DNA from: Octopus sinensis
Taxonomy: Eukaryota
Assembly (NCBI RefSeq): GCF_006345805.1
Contig: NC_042998.1
Coordinates: 51,522,001-51,586,000, forward strand
DNA: 64,000 bases
Direction of reading: 5' to 3'
The position numbers and the translations under genes are program-made. The notes under the pieces are model-generated. The model was not told where the DNA came from. It ran no database searches and saw only the letters and a program-made list of their open reading frames with translations. Each line of letters opens with the position of its first letter. Within the stretch, counting starts at the first letter, position 1. This document shows positions 63,931 through 64,000 of this stretch, piece by piece.

Positions 63931-64000
<70 letters not shown>
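63700..64000. repeat. (AGT)/(AGC) compound microsatellite running off the window
   Basis: Direct inspection. Confidence 0.95.

Overview
This is repeat-dense, AT-rich eukaryotic DNA with no bacterial features. The tRNA-headed SINE families and the very high microsatellite density resemble an Octopus/cephalopod genome; this is inferred from recalled repeat families, not from a search. Most ORFs in the supplied track are microsatellite artefacts. Supported content: (1) the probable 3' end of a compact unidentified plus-strand gene at 1-1247; (2) dozens of SINEs, including a SINE-derived tandem array at 34.5-36.3 kb; (3) decayed Tc1/mariner elements, piggyBac-, MULE- and Helitron-type non-autonomous elements; (4) fragments of Tx1/L1, RTE, CR1, R4/Dong and Penelope retroelements, some carrying hammerhead ribozyme motifs. 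The most notable structure is at 47.8-53.9 kb. Four minus-strand elements are stacked head-to-tail at one site inside a small hairpin-ended repeat. Three encode only a Tx1-type ORF1 (RRM-like plus CCHC knuckle) with no ORF2, and the fourth is a 309-bp mini derivative. All junctions carry the 16-bp motif ACAACACCAACGTCCT. This suggests a sequence-specific, ORF1-only (HAL1-like) non-autonomous retrotransposon family that parasitises another transposon. SINE coordinates are approximate, and only representative SINE copies are listed.
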